This document shows positions 17,906 to 27,116 of a DNA stretch of 49,167 nucleotides, one piece after another. The notes below the pieces were generated by a model. That model ran no database searches, was not told the origin of the DNA, and saw only the letters and a program-made list of their open reading frames with translations. Source of the stretch: Candidatus Bipolaricaulota bacterium (GTDB taxonomy: Bacteria > Bipolaricaulota > Bipolaricaulia > UBA7950 > UBA9294); assembly GCA_030603215.1 (NCBI GenBank), contig JAUVYF010000003.1, positions 1-49,167 on the forward strand. The letters are read 5' to 3'. The first letter of the stretch is position 1. Each line of letters starts with the position of its first letter. A program made the translations under genes and the position numbers.

Positions 17906-19120
17906 ATGAAACGAATCTTTATTCTGTTATTAGCGGTTGGGTTGATTGTGACACTGACAGTAAGCGCGACGGGAGCAGAGACGATAAAAATCGGCGCCTT
18001 GATGTCTTTAACTGGAGGACTAGGACCCTACGGCCCGTCAATTCTGGACGGCGCTCAAATGGCTGTTGATATGATCAACGCCGCAGGAGGGGTATTGGGT
18101 AAGCAGTTGGAGCTGGTCGTGCGAGATACGGCGACATCGCCCGATGTTGGTCGTGATGCTGCCAGCAAGCTCGTGGAACTTGATAGGGTACCAGCAATTG
18201 TAGGAGCTCTTTCTAGCGGCGTTACCCTTGCAGCGTCGAGTGTAACCATTCCCGCTGAGGTGGTCCTGATTTCACCCGCCTCGACCGCGCCTTCCATACC
18301 AGCGTTGGATGACGACGACTACGTGTTCAGAACGGTTGTATCGGACGCGGTGCAAGGGGTAGTGCTCGGTCGACTGGCAGTAATCCTCAACTATAAGCGC
18401 GTCTCCGTAACATACGTCAATAACGACTACGGTAAGGGCTTGGCGGAGACTTTCAAGAGTACCTTTGAGAGCCTTGGTGGCCAGGTGCTAACGATGGTCG
18501 CCTATGAGGAAAACAAGCCGTCCTATCGTGGTGAAGTGGATAATCTCCTATCCAAGGATCCCCAGGCGATCGTCATGGTCAGCTATCCGGTGGATGGGAA
18601 CAAGCAGATCGTAGAAGCGGTTGAAGCTGGATACCAGGGCGATTTCTTGATGACAGACGGAATGAAAGGCGAGGGCGTGTCTCCCGGCCCGGCCTGTTTA
18701 TCCGCAGAAGAACCCGGGCCCCTGGAAGGATCATACGGCACGGTGGCATCCGGCGGTTTCAAAGCCGCTCAGTTCGAAGCCGCTTATGACGCAGGAGGGT
18801 ATGGCCCAAGTACGATTCCTTACTACGATAAGGCATACGATGCGGTGACGTTGATCGCGCTCGCTATGGTCAGAGCGGGAGAAGCAACAGGACCAGCGAT
18901 CCGCGACAACCTGCGGGCAGTTGCCGGCCCACCTGGAGAGGTGGTCTTCTTCGACGAATGGGAGAAGGCCGTTGCGCTCTTGCAACAAGGAAAGGAGATC
19001 AACTACGAAGGTGCTGCTGGATCGGTTGATTTTAAGGATACCGGAGATGTAGAAGGGAACATCGAGATCTGGAAGATCGAGGGATGCCAGGTTATCAAAG
19101 TCATGATCGTTCCCGGCTAA
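17906..19120 (+). CDS. Liv-type (HAAT) ABC transporter substrate-binding protein
   Basis: Signal peptide, IKIGALMSLTG, INAAGGVLG, NNDYGKG, YDA; AAGGAG SD before the ATG at 17906. Confidence 0.9.
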   Translation: MKRIFILLLAVGLIVTLTVSATGAETIKIGALMSLTGGLGPYGPSILDGAQMAVDMINAAGGVLGKQLELVVRDTATSPDVGRDAASKLVELDRVPAIVGALSSGVTLAASSVTIPAEVVLISPASTAPSIPALDDDDYVFRTVVSDAVQGVVLGRLAVILNYKRVSVTYVNNDYGKGLAETFKSTFESLGGQVLTMVAYEENKPSYRGEVDNLLSKDPQAIVMVSYPVDGNKQIVEAVEAGYQGDFLMTDGMKGEGVSPGPACLSAEEPGPLEGSYGTVASGGFKAAQFEAAYDAGGYGPSTIPYYDKAYDAVTLIALAMVRAGEATGPAIRDNLRAVAGPPGEVVFFDEWEKAVALLQQGKEINYEGAAGSVDFKDTGDVEGNIEIWKIEGCQVIKVMIVPG

Positions 19121-19163
19121 TGTAAATAACAAGTGCAAGCATCTTTATAACCCTCCTTTTTTT

Positions 19164-19195
19164 GGGGCTGCCTTATCAGGCAGCCCCTTCTTTCT
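19164..19195 (+). terminator. Intrinsic terminator between the convergent transporter units
   Basis: GGGGCTGCCT-TATC-AGGCAGCCCC perfect stem followed by TTCTTTCT. Confidence 0.75.
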
Positions 19196-19305
19196 GGCTC
19201 TTTGTCGTTTCGAGTGGGTAACTGAAGAGAAAGGGTCAAGCGCCAAGACTTTCGCACAGGTACAGGATTCTTTTACCACAAAGGACACAAAGAGCCGATC
19301 CCTTT

Positions 19306-20325
19306 CTATGGCGTTTTTGAAGGTTTGCGTTCGCGTTGCAGCAGCCCCTGTGGTCGCCAGAGGAGGATCACTTCCAACAGTACTCCGATGATGATAATGC
19401 GGAGCGAGGCGGCCTGAGTGGCGGAGAAGGGAAAGTATTCTGTCAGAAAATCGGTCCCTGCCCAGATTCCCCATACGACAAAGCTCCCCAGAATAGCCCC
19501 CCTGTTGTTCCCGCTTCCTCCTAAGATCAACATCACCCATACGAGAAAGGTTCCGTAGAGAGGCTTGAACGAGGCGGGCGAGATGAAGCGAGCATAGTAC
19601 GCATATACGCCGCCACCGATCCCCATGATCATCGCCCCCAGCACGAGCGCCTGTAGCTTAAAGGAGAAGGTGTTCTTGCCGGACATCGCAACGGCATCCT
19701 CATCCTCGCGGATCGCCTTTAACACGCGTCCCCAAGGGGAGTGCACGAGTCGTTCTACAATGAGATAGAGGACAAAAAGAATGGCAAGAACCAAAAAGAG
19801 ATAAAACCAGTTATATGCTTTGGAAAACAGGCCATGTATCCATCCCTGTAAATCAGGGTGATTGCCCAAGAATGCCTTAACTCCTCCGTGGATCGGATCA
19901 TAGAACGGTGAAGGGATTTGCTGAAGCCCCCACACGCCGTTTGTAAGCCAGGACTCGTTCTTTAGCACTAATCTAATCGTCTCCGCGATCCCAATCGTGG
20001 CGATCGCGAGATAATCCGATCTGAGACGCAGAGTGGGAATGCCAATTAGGAAAGCGACAATTCCGCAAACAACGGCTGCAGCCAGCAATCCAGCGAGAAA
20101 AGGCAGCTCAAATCCCCCAAAAATCCGACCGTCCCATGCGCTTGGTGGTGGACCGGAGACCAGGGCTGCGGCATAAGCTCCTAATGCGTAGAAGCCGGCG
20201 ATTCCAATATTGAACAGGCCAGTATACCCCCACTGAATGTTAAGCCCAAGTGCAAGAATTCCATAAGTACCTGCGGTGATGGCAAAGAAGACAACGTAAT
20301 TGATGATTCCAATTAGTGTATCCAT
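19306..20325 (-). CDS. livM: HAAT ABC transporter permease (LivM-like)
   Basis: GLNIQWGYTG, LRLRSDYLAIAT, SPWGRVLKAIREDE, LGGSG. Confidence 0.88.
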   Translation of the reverse strand: MDTLIGIINYVVFFAITAGTYGILALGLNIQWGYTGLFNIGIAGFYALGAYAAALVSGPPPSAWDGRIFGGFELPFLAGLLAAAVVCGIVAFLIGIPTLRLRSDYLAIATIGIAETIRLVLKNESWLTNGVWGLQQIPSPFYDPIHGGVKAFLGNHPDLQGWIHGLFSKAYNWFYLFLVLAILFVLYLIVERLVHSPWGRVLKAIREDEDAVAMSGKNTFSFKLQALVLGAMIMGIGGGVYAYYARFISPASFKPLYGTFLVWVMLILGGSGNNRGAILGSFVVWGIWAGTDFLTEYFPFSATQAASLRIIIIGVLLEVILLWRPQGLLQRERKPSKTP

Positions 20326-21248
20326 TATCGCCTCTTCCCCAGCAATCCGGTTGGCTTCACTATCAGCATGAGAATCATGATGATGAAGGCCACCGCCGGT
20401 TTATAGCCCGTGGGGATGAACGCGGTCGAAACTTCTTCGGTGATCCCTATCACCATCCCTCCGACGATCGCCCCGTACGGGTTGCCGATTCCGCCCAGGA
20501 CTACCGCCGCGAAGATCGATAGGAGCATCTGCCACCCCAATTCCGGAGTGATGAACTTGTTCTCGATCCCCGCCAGAATGCCGGCGGTCGCTGCCAGCGC
20601 TCCCCCAATTACCCAGGTCCACACGATCACCCGGTTGGTATTGATCCCTGTAACGCGGGCAAGCGCGTTGTTATCCGCTGTCGCCCGCATCGCCTTCCCC
20701 ATCTTGGTGTATTTGAGAAATGCATGTACTAACACGACGAGCACGATGGTTACGAGAATGATAAATACCTGATCGGGCTTGATCCTTATTCCCAGCCCTG
20801 GAATTACGCTCGCTATTTGGATCCTTTCTATGTAGTAGTGTGGCTGGGGGCCCCAGAAAAACTGGAGGATGTTCCTCAATGCCAGCGCGACCCCAATCGA
20901 AGACATCATCAGGATGACCGACGAATGGTTACGCAACCGGTTGAAGAGTATGCGGTCGATCAAGACTACCGCCACGGCTGTCAGCCCTATTGCAAAGATA
21001 GCGGCTAGGATGAACCCAAAGCCGAACGAGAGAGGTCCTAAGGGTGTGTTGGGAATACTCCAGGAGACGAATAGGCTGAATAGCCCGAGAGCGATGTAGG
21101 CTCCGAGTGCCATCATGTCTCCGTAGGCAAAGTTGGAGAAGCCAATAATGCTGTAGATGAGAGAGACACCGATCCCTCCCAGGGAAAGGATGCTCCCCGA
21201 GATGACGCCGTATACGAGCAACTGTGGAATTCTTGATAGTATGTCCAT
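20325..21248 (-). CDS. livH: HAAT ABC transporter permease (LivH-like)
   Basis: NFAYG, TKMGKAMRATADN, FAAVVLGGIGN. Confidence 0.88.
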   Translation of the reverse strand: MDILSRIPQLLVYGVISGSILSLGGIGVSLIYSIIGFSNFAYGDMMALGAYIALGLFSLFVSWSIPNTPLGPLSFGFGFILAAIFAIGLTAVAVVLIDRILFNRLRNHSSVILMMSSIGVALALRNILQFFWGPQPHYYIERIQIASVIPGLGIRIKPDQVFIILVTIVLVVLVHAFLKYTKMGKAMRATADNNALARVTGINTNRVIVWTWVIGGALAATAGILAGIENKFITPELGWQMLLSIFAAVVLGGIGNPYGAIVGGMVIGITEEVSTAFIPTGYKPAVAFIIMILMLIVKPTGLLGKRR

Positions 21249-21257
21249 TTATTCTCC

Positions 21258-21962
21258 CTACCCACCGAGGTAGAGCTGTCCCACATCCTGGTTGGCTAAT
21301 AGGTCTTCACCTGTATCTTCGAAGCGGTTTCGACCACTGGCTAAGACGTAGCCGCGGTCGGATACCTTCAAGGACTCCTTGGCGTTCTGCTCCACTATGA
21401 GGATCGCTACACCACTCGCGTTGATGGCGACAATCCGCTCGAAGATCGTCGCTGCCAGATTCGGAGCCAGGGCAGCGGAGGGCTCGTCCAACATCAGTAG
21501 CTTCGGATCGAGCATCAACGCCCGTCCCATCGCCACCATCTGTCGTTCACCTCCGCTCATCTTCCCCACGCGCTGCTTTCGACGGTCGTTTAAAATTGGA
21601 AAGAGCTCATAGATCTCCTCTAGCTGTCCACTGAAGTCATCGGTGAGGATGAACGCCCCCATCTCCAGGTTCTCATTCACGGTGAGCGAGGGGAAGATAT
21701 TCTCCACTTGGGGCACGTATGCCATGCCCCGCCGCACGACCAGGTCAGGGGAAAGCCCTGTAATCTCCTCTTCCGCGAAGATGATCTGTCCCGCGGTCGG
21801 TGTGAGCAGGCCGAAGATCGTCTTCATCAGGGTCGATTTGCCGGCTCCATTAGGGCCGATCACCGTGACAATCTTGGCAGCCCCCACTTCGATGGAGACC
21901 CCATGAAGAATCTCCATGTCTCCATACCCGCTTGTGACCGCGTTAACTGTCAACAGCGACAT
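21258..21962 (-). CDS. livF: HAAT ABC transporter ATPase (LivF-like)
   Basis: GPNGAGKST, MSGGERQM, LDEPS, VEQNA; likely start is the ATG at 21962. Confidence 0.9.
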   Translation of the reverse strand: MSLLTVNAVTSGYGDMEILHGVSIEVGAAKIVTVIGPNGAGKSTLMKTIFGLLTPTAGQIIFAEEEITGLSPDLVVRRGMAYVPQVENIFPSLTVNENLEMGAFILTDDFSGQLEEIYELFPILNDRRKQRVGKMSGGERQMVAMGRALMLDPKLLMLDEPSAALAPNLAATIFERIVAINASGVAILIVEQNAKESLKVSDRGYVLASGRNRFEDTGEDLLANQDVGQLYLGG

Positions 21963-22716
21963 ATTGACCCCCAAGGTAGGCGTCGAGCACCTCTTGTTTC
22001 TTCTGCACCTCCGTTGGTGTCCCCTCAGCAAGTTTCTGCCCTTCGCTCATCACGATCACTGGGTTGCACAGCTTCATCACGAAATCCATGTCGTGTTCGA
22101 TCAACAGGAAGGTCGTGTTCTTCTCCGTGCACAGGCGATAGATCGAATCGGCCAGACGTTTTAGGAGAGTGCGGTTCACTCCGGCACCAGGTTCATCGAG
22201 CAAGACTAGTTTGGGTTTGCCCATCATCGTTTTGGCCAATTCGAGTAGCTTCTTCTGCCCACCGGAGAGCCTTCCCGCGTACTCATCTTTAAGCTCCGTC
22301 AGTTCTAGAAATGCCAGGACCTCGTGTGCTCTCTCCCGGATCGCGTGCTCTTGCTTGCTCACCAGTCGACCGCGTAGGAAGGGATTCCAAATCCGTTCAC
22401 CAAGTTGTTCGGTCGGTACGAGCATCAGGTTCTCTACTACCGTCATCGCTTTCCACTCGCGCGGAATCTGGAAAGTCCTTGCGATCCCCTTTTGGAAGAC
22501 GCGATGTGGGGAGAGGCCGGTGATCTCCTCATCACAGAGGTAGACCGTCCCCTTGTCGGGACTGGAGAACCCAGTGAGAAGATTGAATACCGTCGTCTTT
22601 CCTGCCCCGTTCGGTCCGATCAACCCGGTAATCGTCCCCGGATTAACATTAAACGAACAACAATCCACCGCGCGCAGTCCTCCAAACCATTTTGAAAGAT
22701 TGTCAACCACAAGCAC
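21943..22716 (-). CDS. livG: HAAT ABC transporter ATPase (LivG-like)
   Basis: FGGLRAV, GPNGAGKTT, LDEPGAGVN, IEHDM, AYLG; AAGGAGG SD before the GTG at 22716. Confidence 0.9.
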   Translation of the reverse strand: MLVVDNLSKWFGGLRAVDCCSFNVNPGTITGLIGPNGAGKTTVFNLLTGFSSPDKGTVYLCDEEITGLSPHRVFQKGIARTFQIPREWKAMTVVENLMLVPTEQLGERIWNPFLRGRLVSKQEHAIRERAHEVLAFLELTELKDEYAGRLSGGQKKLLELAKTMMGKPKLVLLDEPGAGVNRTLLKRLADSIYRLCTEKNTTFLLIEHDMDFVMKLCNPVIVMSEGQKLAEGTPTEVQKKQEVLDAYLGGQYVAVDS

Positions 22717-22738
22717 ACTTTCCTCCTTACAGACAAAC

Positions 22739-22768
22739 AAAAAACCGCAAGTCCTTAGACTTCCGGTT
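22739..22768 (-). terminator. Leader (attenuator) intrinsic terminator upstream of livG
   Basis: Minus strand ACCGGAAGTC-TAAG-GACTTGCGGT (one mismatch) running into a T tract. Confidence 0.7.
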
Positions 22769-22808
22769 TCCAGGCCCACTAGCAGTATGCAAGACACTGC
22801 CAGGCGAC

Positions 22809-22889
22809 CTACAACATCCAAATAAAGTAGTAATAAAGGGCGTTCTTAGCTGCTGTCACCTCCAATGTAGTAGCCTGAACTTGTATCAC
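22809..22889 (-). CDS. Putative attenuator leader peptide MIQVQATTLEVTAAKNALYYYFIWML
   Basis: AGGAGG SD 5 nt before GTG; 26 aa with a YYYF-W cluster before the stop; lies between promoter and terminator. Confidence 0.72.
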   Translation of the reverse strand: MIQVQATTLEVTAAKNALYYYFIWML

Positions 22890-22912
22890 ATCTTCCTCCT
22901 GCTGTGACACGA

Positions 22913-22941
22913 ATCCTAACAGGCCGACACAGTCTTGTCAA
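22913..22941 (-). promoter_or_regulatory. Sigma70-type promoter for the leader-livGFHM unit
   Basis: Minus strand TTGACA-N17-TAGGAT. Confidence 0.7.
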
Positions 22942-23263
22942 GCTCTGGATTTGGCAATTAACGAGTGGCGGTTTGCCTGCTTTGATACACTTGCCAGAAA
23001 AGTCGCCCAATTCCAAGGTGAGAGACAGCTCCAATCGCCAACAGAAAAAAGTACGGGTAAGCAAGAATAGCTCCAAGTAAGACCACAAATATCCGCAAGT
23101 CCCGCTTGATCAATCTTGCCTACACACCCTTACTAGGAAACCCTCGCCCGTAGCGAATAGCATACTCCTTGTTGGTGTAGCTGGCCAAGAGAAAGTCAGT
23201 CAAGGCAAGGCGCGCGCATAAGAGTAGACGAAAGACAAAGGCCAACCTCGCAAGATGCGGTGA

Positions 23264-25342
23264 TCAGGGATTTGCGCCGTAGGCCGGAACGTTTTCACCG
23301 CCTTCGGCAAACTGAAGGTTGTGGAGTGTGGCATACAGACAATCTTGGGCAAGCAGCTCGCGATGACTGCCTTGTTCAACAATCCGTCCTTCATGTAAAA
23401 CGACGATTTTGTTCGATTCACGGATGGTAGACAGCCGGTGGGCAACAACGATAGACGTGCGCCCACTCATGATCTTCCCAAGCGACTTCTGGATGAGGCT
23501 CTCGGTGTGCGAATCAATACTCGCCGTCGCCTCATCCAACACCAAAACGCGTGGATTGAACACCACAGCACGGGCAAACGAAAGCAATTGACGTTGCCCA
23601 ATCGACAAGGTAACCCCACGCTCCTTAACCTCGGTGTGGTATTTGTCAGGCAGATTCTCCACAAAGTGCGCGCTGACGAAGCGCGCTGCACTTACCACTT
23701 CTTCTTCCGGGATGTCTGTTCTCAGTCGGATATTGTCCATAATATCCCCCGAGAAAAGGAAAACATCTTGCAATACAACAGCCATTTGAGAGCGGAGAAA
23801 GGATAGCTCAATCTCTTCAATCGGAACACCATCAAGAAGGATCTCCCCTTTTTGGATTGGGTACATACGAAGGAGAATGCGAATGATCGTTGTTTTCCCT
23901 GACCCAGTAAACCCAACAATCGCGACCCGCTCACCTGGAGCTGCGCTAAACGACACTCCCCTTAGAACCCACTCTCCCTCATTGTAGGCAAACCAGACGT
24001 CGCGGAACTCAATCTTACCGCGACAGCGAGCCAAGGTTTTCCCTGTGCCGTGCTTCTCTTCGGGCTCTTCAAGCAGAAGAAAGATCCGCTCAGCAGCAGC
24101 CATCGCTCCCTGAAGAATGTTATACCCTTGGGAGAGTTCAAGAATCGGATTGAAGAGCATCCGCACATACTGGATGAACGCAGTCAATGCGCCTAAGGAA
24201 AGCCCTCCGCCCAGGACATTCCGCCCTCCATACCAGATAACAAGAGCTACGGCAAACGAGCTCAGAAAGCTCATCAATGGGCGGAAAACCGCAAAGATAA
24301 CCATCTGTTTCATGCTTGCAAGATACTTGTCGCGGTTGATCGCTGCGAAACGTTTATTTGCCTTACGTTCTTGCACAAAAACTTGTATGATGCGCATCCC
24401 AGAAATTGACTCTTGGAGATAGGCGTTCAACTTTGCGATCTGCTGGCGAACCTCGCGATAGGCACTGCGTACACGGTTTCGAAACCGGAATGCGGCAAAC
24501 ACGATAATTGGAAAGAGGGCAAGGATAACAAATGCAAGCCGCCATTCGAGACCAAACATAATCGACAGAACACCAATAACCAAAAAGACATCGCGGAACA
24601 GGTTGACAAGCATTGACGTAAACATCTCGTTAATCGCCGCGACATCGTTTGTTACACGCGTAACAAGCCTTCCCACCGGCGTGCGATCGAAGTACGACAC
24701 CGGCAAGCGAAGGACATGGGCAAAAATCTGCTGGCGCATGTCGTACATCACCTTCTGTCCAACAAGTTGGAGAAGATACACCTGAAAAGCGCCAAATAGG
24801 AATCGGGCCAGAAGCGCGAAGGCAAAAAGGCTAGCAATCCGTACCACACCAGCAATTGCTGAGTCTCGAAGCACAATCAGGTCACGAGAAGGAACCTTGC
24901 GCAGCGATTCCTGATCAGCAAGATACCCCCCACCTACCTGAGTAAACGCCTGTTGGTTGCGTATCGCTATCGAAGCATGCGAACTATCCTCAGCAACAAA
25001 CAGATAGCGCTCGCGAGAGAGCACGCCCATGGCTTCCCAAGCTTCTCGTGCCTCTCTATCGATCAGACGAAGATCAATCAGGTAGCGCTTATCTCCAAGC
25101 GAGATGAAATCGGCAGACGACGGAGGCTCTGAAAGGGAAACGATCCCAAGCGGAGGGATCATGTAATTGTCGATGGCCAGCTTGGAAAGGTATGGAATTC
25201 CGATCTGTATTCCCGTCAGAACAAGAATCAGAACAACACACACCAGCAGCAAACCCTTGTACGGAACAAGAAACCGCAGGAGCTGTCGCATCAAACGAAG
25301 GTCAAACGCTTTTCCTAAGATCTCGTCACTATCGTGAGTCAG
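23264..25342 (-). CDS. ABC exporter subunit (TMD+NBD) of a heterodimeric pair
   Basis: GFTGSGKTT, LSIGQRQ, VLDEATASID, AHRLST; start uncertain (CTG 25342 by SD spacing, or ATG 25378). Confidence 0.88.
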   Translation of the reverse strand: MTHDSDEILGKAFDLRLMRQLLRFLVPYKGLLLVCVVLILVLTGIQIGIPYLSKLAIDNYMIPPLGIVSLSEPPSSADFISLGDKRYLIDLRLIDREAREAWEAMGVLSRERYLFVAEDSSHASIAIRNQQAFTQVGGGYLADQESLRKVPSRDLIVLRDSAIAGVVRIASLFAFALLARFLFGAFQVYLLQLVGQKVMYDMRQQIFAHVLRLPVSYFDRTPVGRLVTRVTNDVAAINEMFTSMLVNLFRDVFLVIGVLSIMFGLEWRLAFVILALFPIIVFAAFRFRNRVRSAYREVRQQIAKLNAYLQESISGMRIIQVFVQERKANKRFAAINRDKYLASMKQMVIFAVFRPLMSFLSSFAVALVIWYGGRNVLGGGLSLGALTAFIQYVRMLFNPILELSQGYNILQGAMAAAERIFLLLEEPEEKHGTGKTLARCRGKIEFRDVWFAYNEGEWVLRGVSFSAAPGERVAIVGFTGSGKTTIIRILLRMYPIQKGEILLDGVPIEEIELSFLRSQMAVVLQDVFLFSGDIMDNIRLRTDIPEEEVVSAARFVSAHFVENLPDKYHTEVKERGVTLSIGQRQLLSFARAVVFNPRVLVLDEATASIDSHTESLIQKSLGKIMSGRTSIVVAHRLSTIRESNKIVVLHEGRIVEQGSHRELLAQDCLYATLHNLQFAEGGENVPAYGANP

Positions 25343-27069
25343 GAAGACACCTCCTTTTCTGCCTGCTGCAAACGCCAAATATGGTGATAAGTCCCGCGTA
25401 GCCCAATCAACTCATCATGCGCGCCCGATTCTATGATCCTCCCGTGATCAAGAACGATGATCCGATCCGCGCGCATCACGGCAGAGATGCGATGCGCGAT
25501 TAAAAGGACTGTTCTTTGGCTGAAGAACTTACGCAGATTCGCAAGGACAAGTTCTTCCTTCTCTGCGTCAACTGCGGAGAGAGGGTCATCAAGAATGAGG
25601 ATCTTTGGGTCAAGGAGAAGGGCACGGGCAATTGCCACACGCTGTTGCTGCCCTCCAGAGAGAGAGATGCCGCGCTCCCCAACAATCGTCTGATACTTCT
25701 TGGGAAACTCACAGATCTCATCGTGTACTCCAGCAAGCCGAGCCACTCGCTCAACTTCACTCACAGATGCCTCTGGATTCCCAAAGGCAATGTTCTCATG
25801 AATTGTATAGGAAAAGAGAAAAGGGTCTTGTGGGACAAATCCAATCGCCCGCCGCAGTCCACTAAGTGAGAGTTCATGTACATCGGTCCCCCCAATTCGT
25901 ATGCTTCCCGTTGGCGGGTCAAACACGCGCAGCATCAAATGAGCAAGGGTGCTTTTCCCAGCTCCGGTCAGTCCAACAACCCCAAGGGTTGTCCCCGATT
26001 CAATTGTTAGATCGATGTTTCTAAGGCTAGGCTCGACCCTGTTGTGGTTTTGTCCGGGATAGGTGAAGGTAAGATTATGGATTTCGATCCGCGTATCACT
26101 GAGTTGTTGCGGCGCCTGGGGCTCAGTAATTGCTGGAGGCACAGCAAGGAGACGATTGATTCGCCGCAGCGAGGCGCGCCCCCGCTGTACGACATTTACC
26201 GCTATCCCCAGCGAGATCATCGGCCAGACGAGCATGACAACGTACTGGGTTAATGCAACGAAATCTCCAAGGGAGATCGTTCCCATAATGACGCTGCGCC
26301 CTCCAAGCCAGAGAACAATTCCTAAAGAGGCCCCGCCCAAAAGCTCAATTAGTGGATGGAAGATTCCCCACACACGGACGAGGGACATGTTCTTGTCGAC
26401 CAGCAACTGACTCGTCTGGTTGAACCCCAAATTTGTTCCTTTCTCCTGAACAAAAGATTTCAACACACGAATACCCGCAACATCCTCCCGCACCTTTTCC
26501 ATCACCTTAGAGAAGGCTACCTGTACTGCTTCGAATCGTCGGTGGATTAGCTTCCCAAATCCAAGCATGAACAAAGTCAGAATCGGTAACGGGATCAGTA
26601 CATACAGGGTAAGGCGCGGTTCAATCGAGAGCATAATCCCAACTGAGACTGGGATCATAAGGAGAGGATCCGCGATTGTAAGCACTCCAAACCCGCACGC
26701 TCGGCTGACTGCGTCAATATCATTAGTGGCATGGGCCATCAGCTCGCCAGTCTTATGCTCATTGTAGAATGAGGGAGAAAGGATCAGAAGGTGTTCGTAG
26801 AGGCGCTCTCGCAAGTCTCGTTCAATCCTTCGCGCAGTCCCAATAAGAAAGTAACGCCACAGAAAGCGAAAGCTCATTGCTACAATTGCGATCAAAACAA
26901 TGTAAATACCGCCGCGAAGGAATCCCGTCTCTCCGCGAGAGAGTCGATCGATCACGTCTCGGATCACCAAAGGAATCAGAAGTCCGGCTCCATCTACCAC
27001 CAATAGCGCAATGAATCCGGCAAACACTCTCCCTCGATATCGCCATAACCACTTCGTTAACTGATCCAT
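25339..27069 (-). CDS. ABC exporter subunit (TMD+NBD) with degenerate Walker B
   Basis: GLTGAGKST, LSGGQQQR, ILDDPLSAVD (Asp in place of the catalytic Glu), typical of heterodimeric exporters. Confidence 0.9.
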   Translation of the reverse strand: MDQLTKWLWRYRGRVFAGFIALLVVDGAGLLIPLVIRDVIDRLSRGETGFLRGGIYIVLIAIVAMSFRFLWRYFLIGTARRIERDLRERLYEHLLILSPSFYNEHKTGELMAHATNDIDAVSRACGFGVLTIADPLLMIPVSVGIMLSIEPRLTLYVLIPLPILTLFMLGFGKLIHRRFEAVQVAFSKVMEKVREDVAGIRVLKSFVQEKGTNLGFNQTSQLLVDKNMSLVRVWGIFHPLIELLGGASLGIVLWLGGRSVIMGTISLGDFVALTQYVVMLVWPMISLGIAVNVVQRGRASLRRINRLLAVPPAITEPQAPQQLSDTRIEIHNLTFTYPGQNHNRVEPSLRNIDLTIESGTTLGVVGLTGAGKSTLAHLMLRVFDPPTGSIRIGGTDVHELSLSGLRRAIGFVPQDPFLFSYTIHENIAFGNPEASVSEVERVARLAGVHDEICEFPKKYQTIVGERGISLSGGQQQRVAIARALLLDPKILILDDPLSAVDAEKEELVLANLRKFFSQRTVLLIAHRISAVMRADRIIVLDHGRIIESGAHDELIGLRGTYHHIWRLQQAEKEVSS

Positions 27070-27116
27070 ATAGAATAGATCCTACTCGAAATGGTCAGTG
27101 CTGCAAGCTAATAAGC

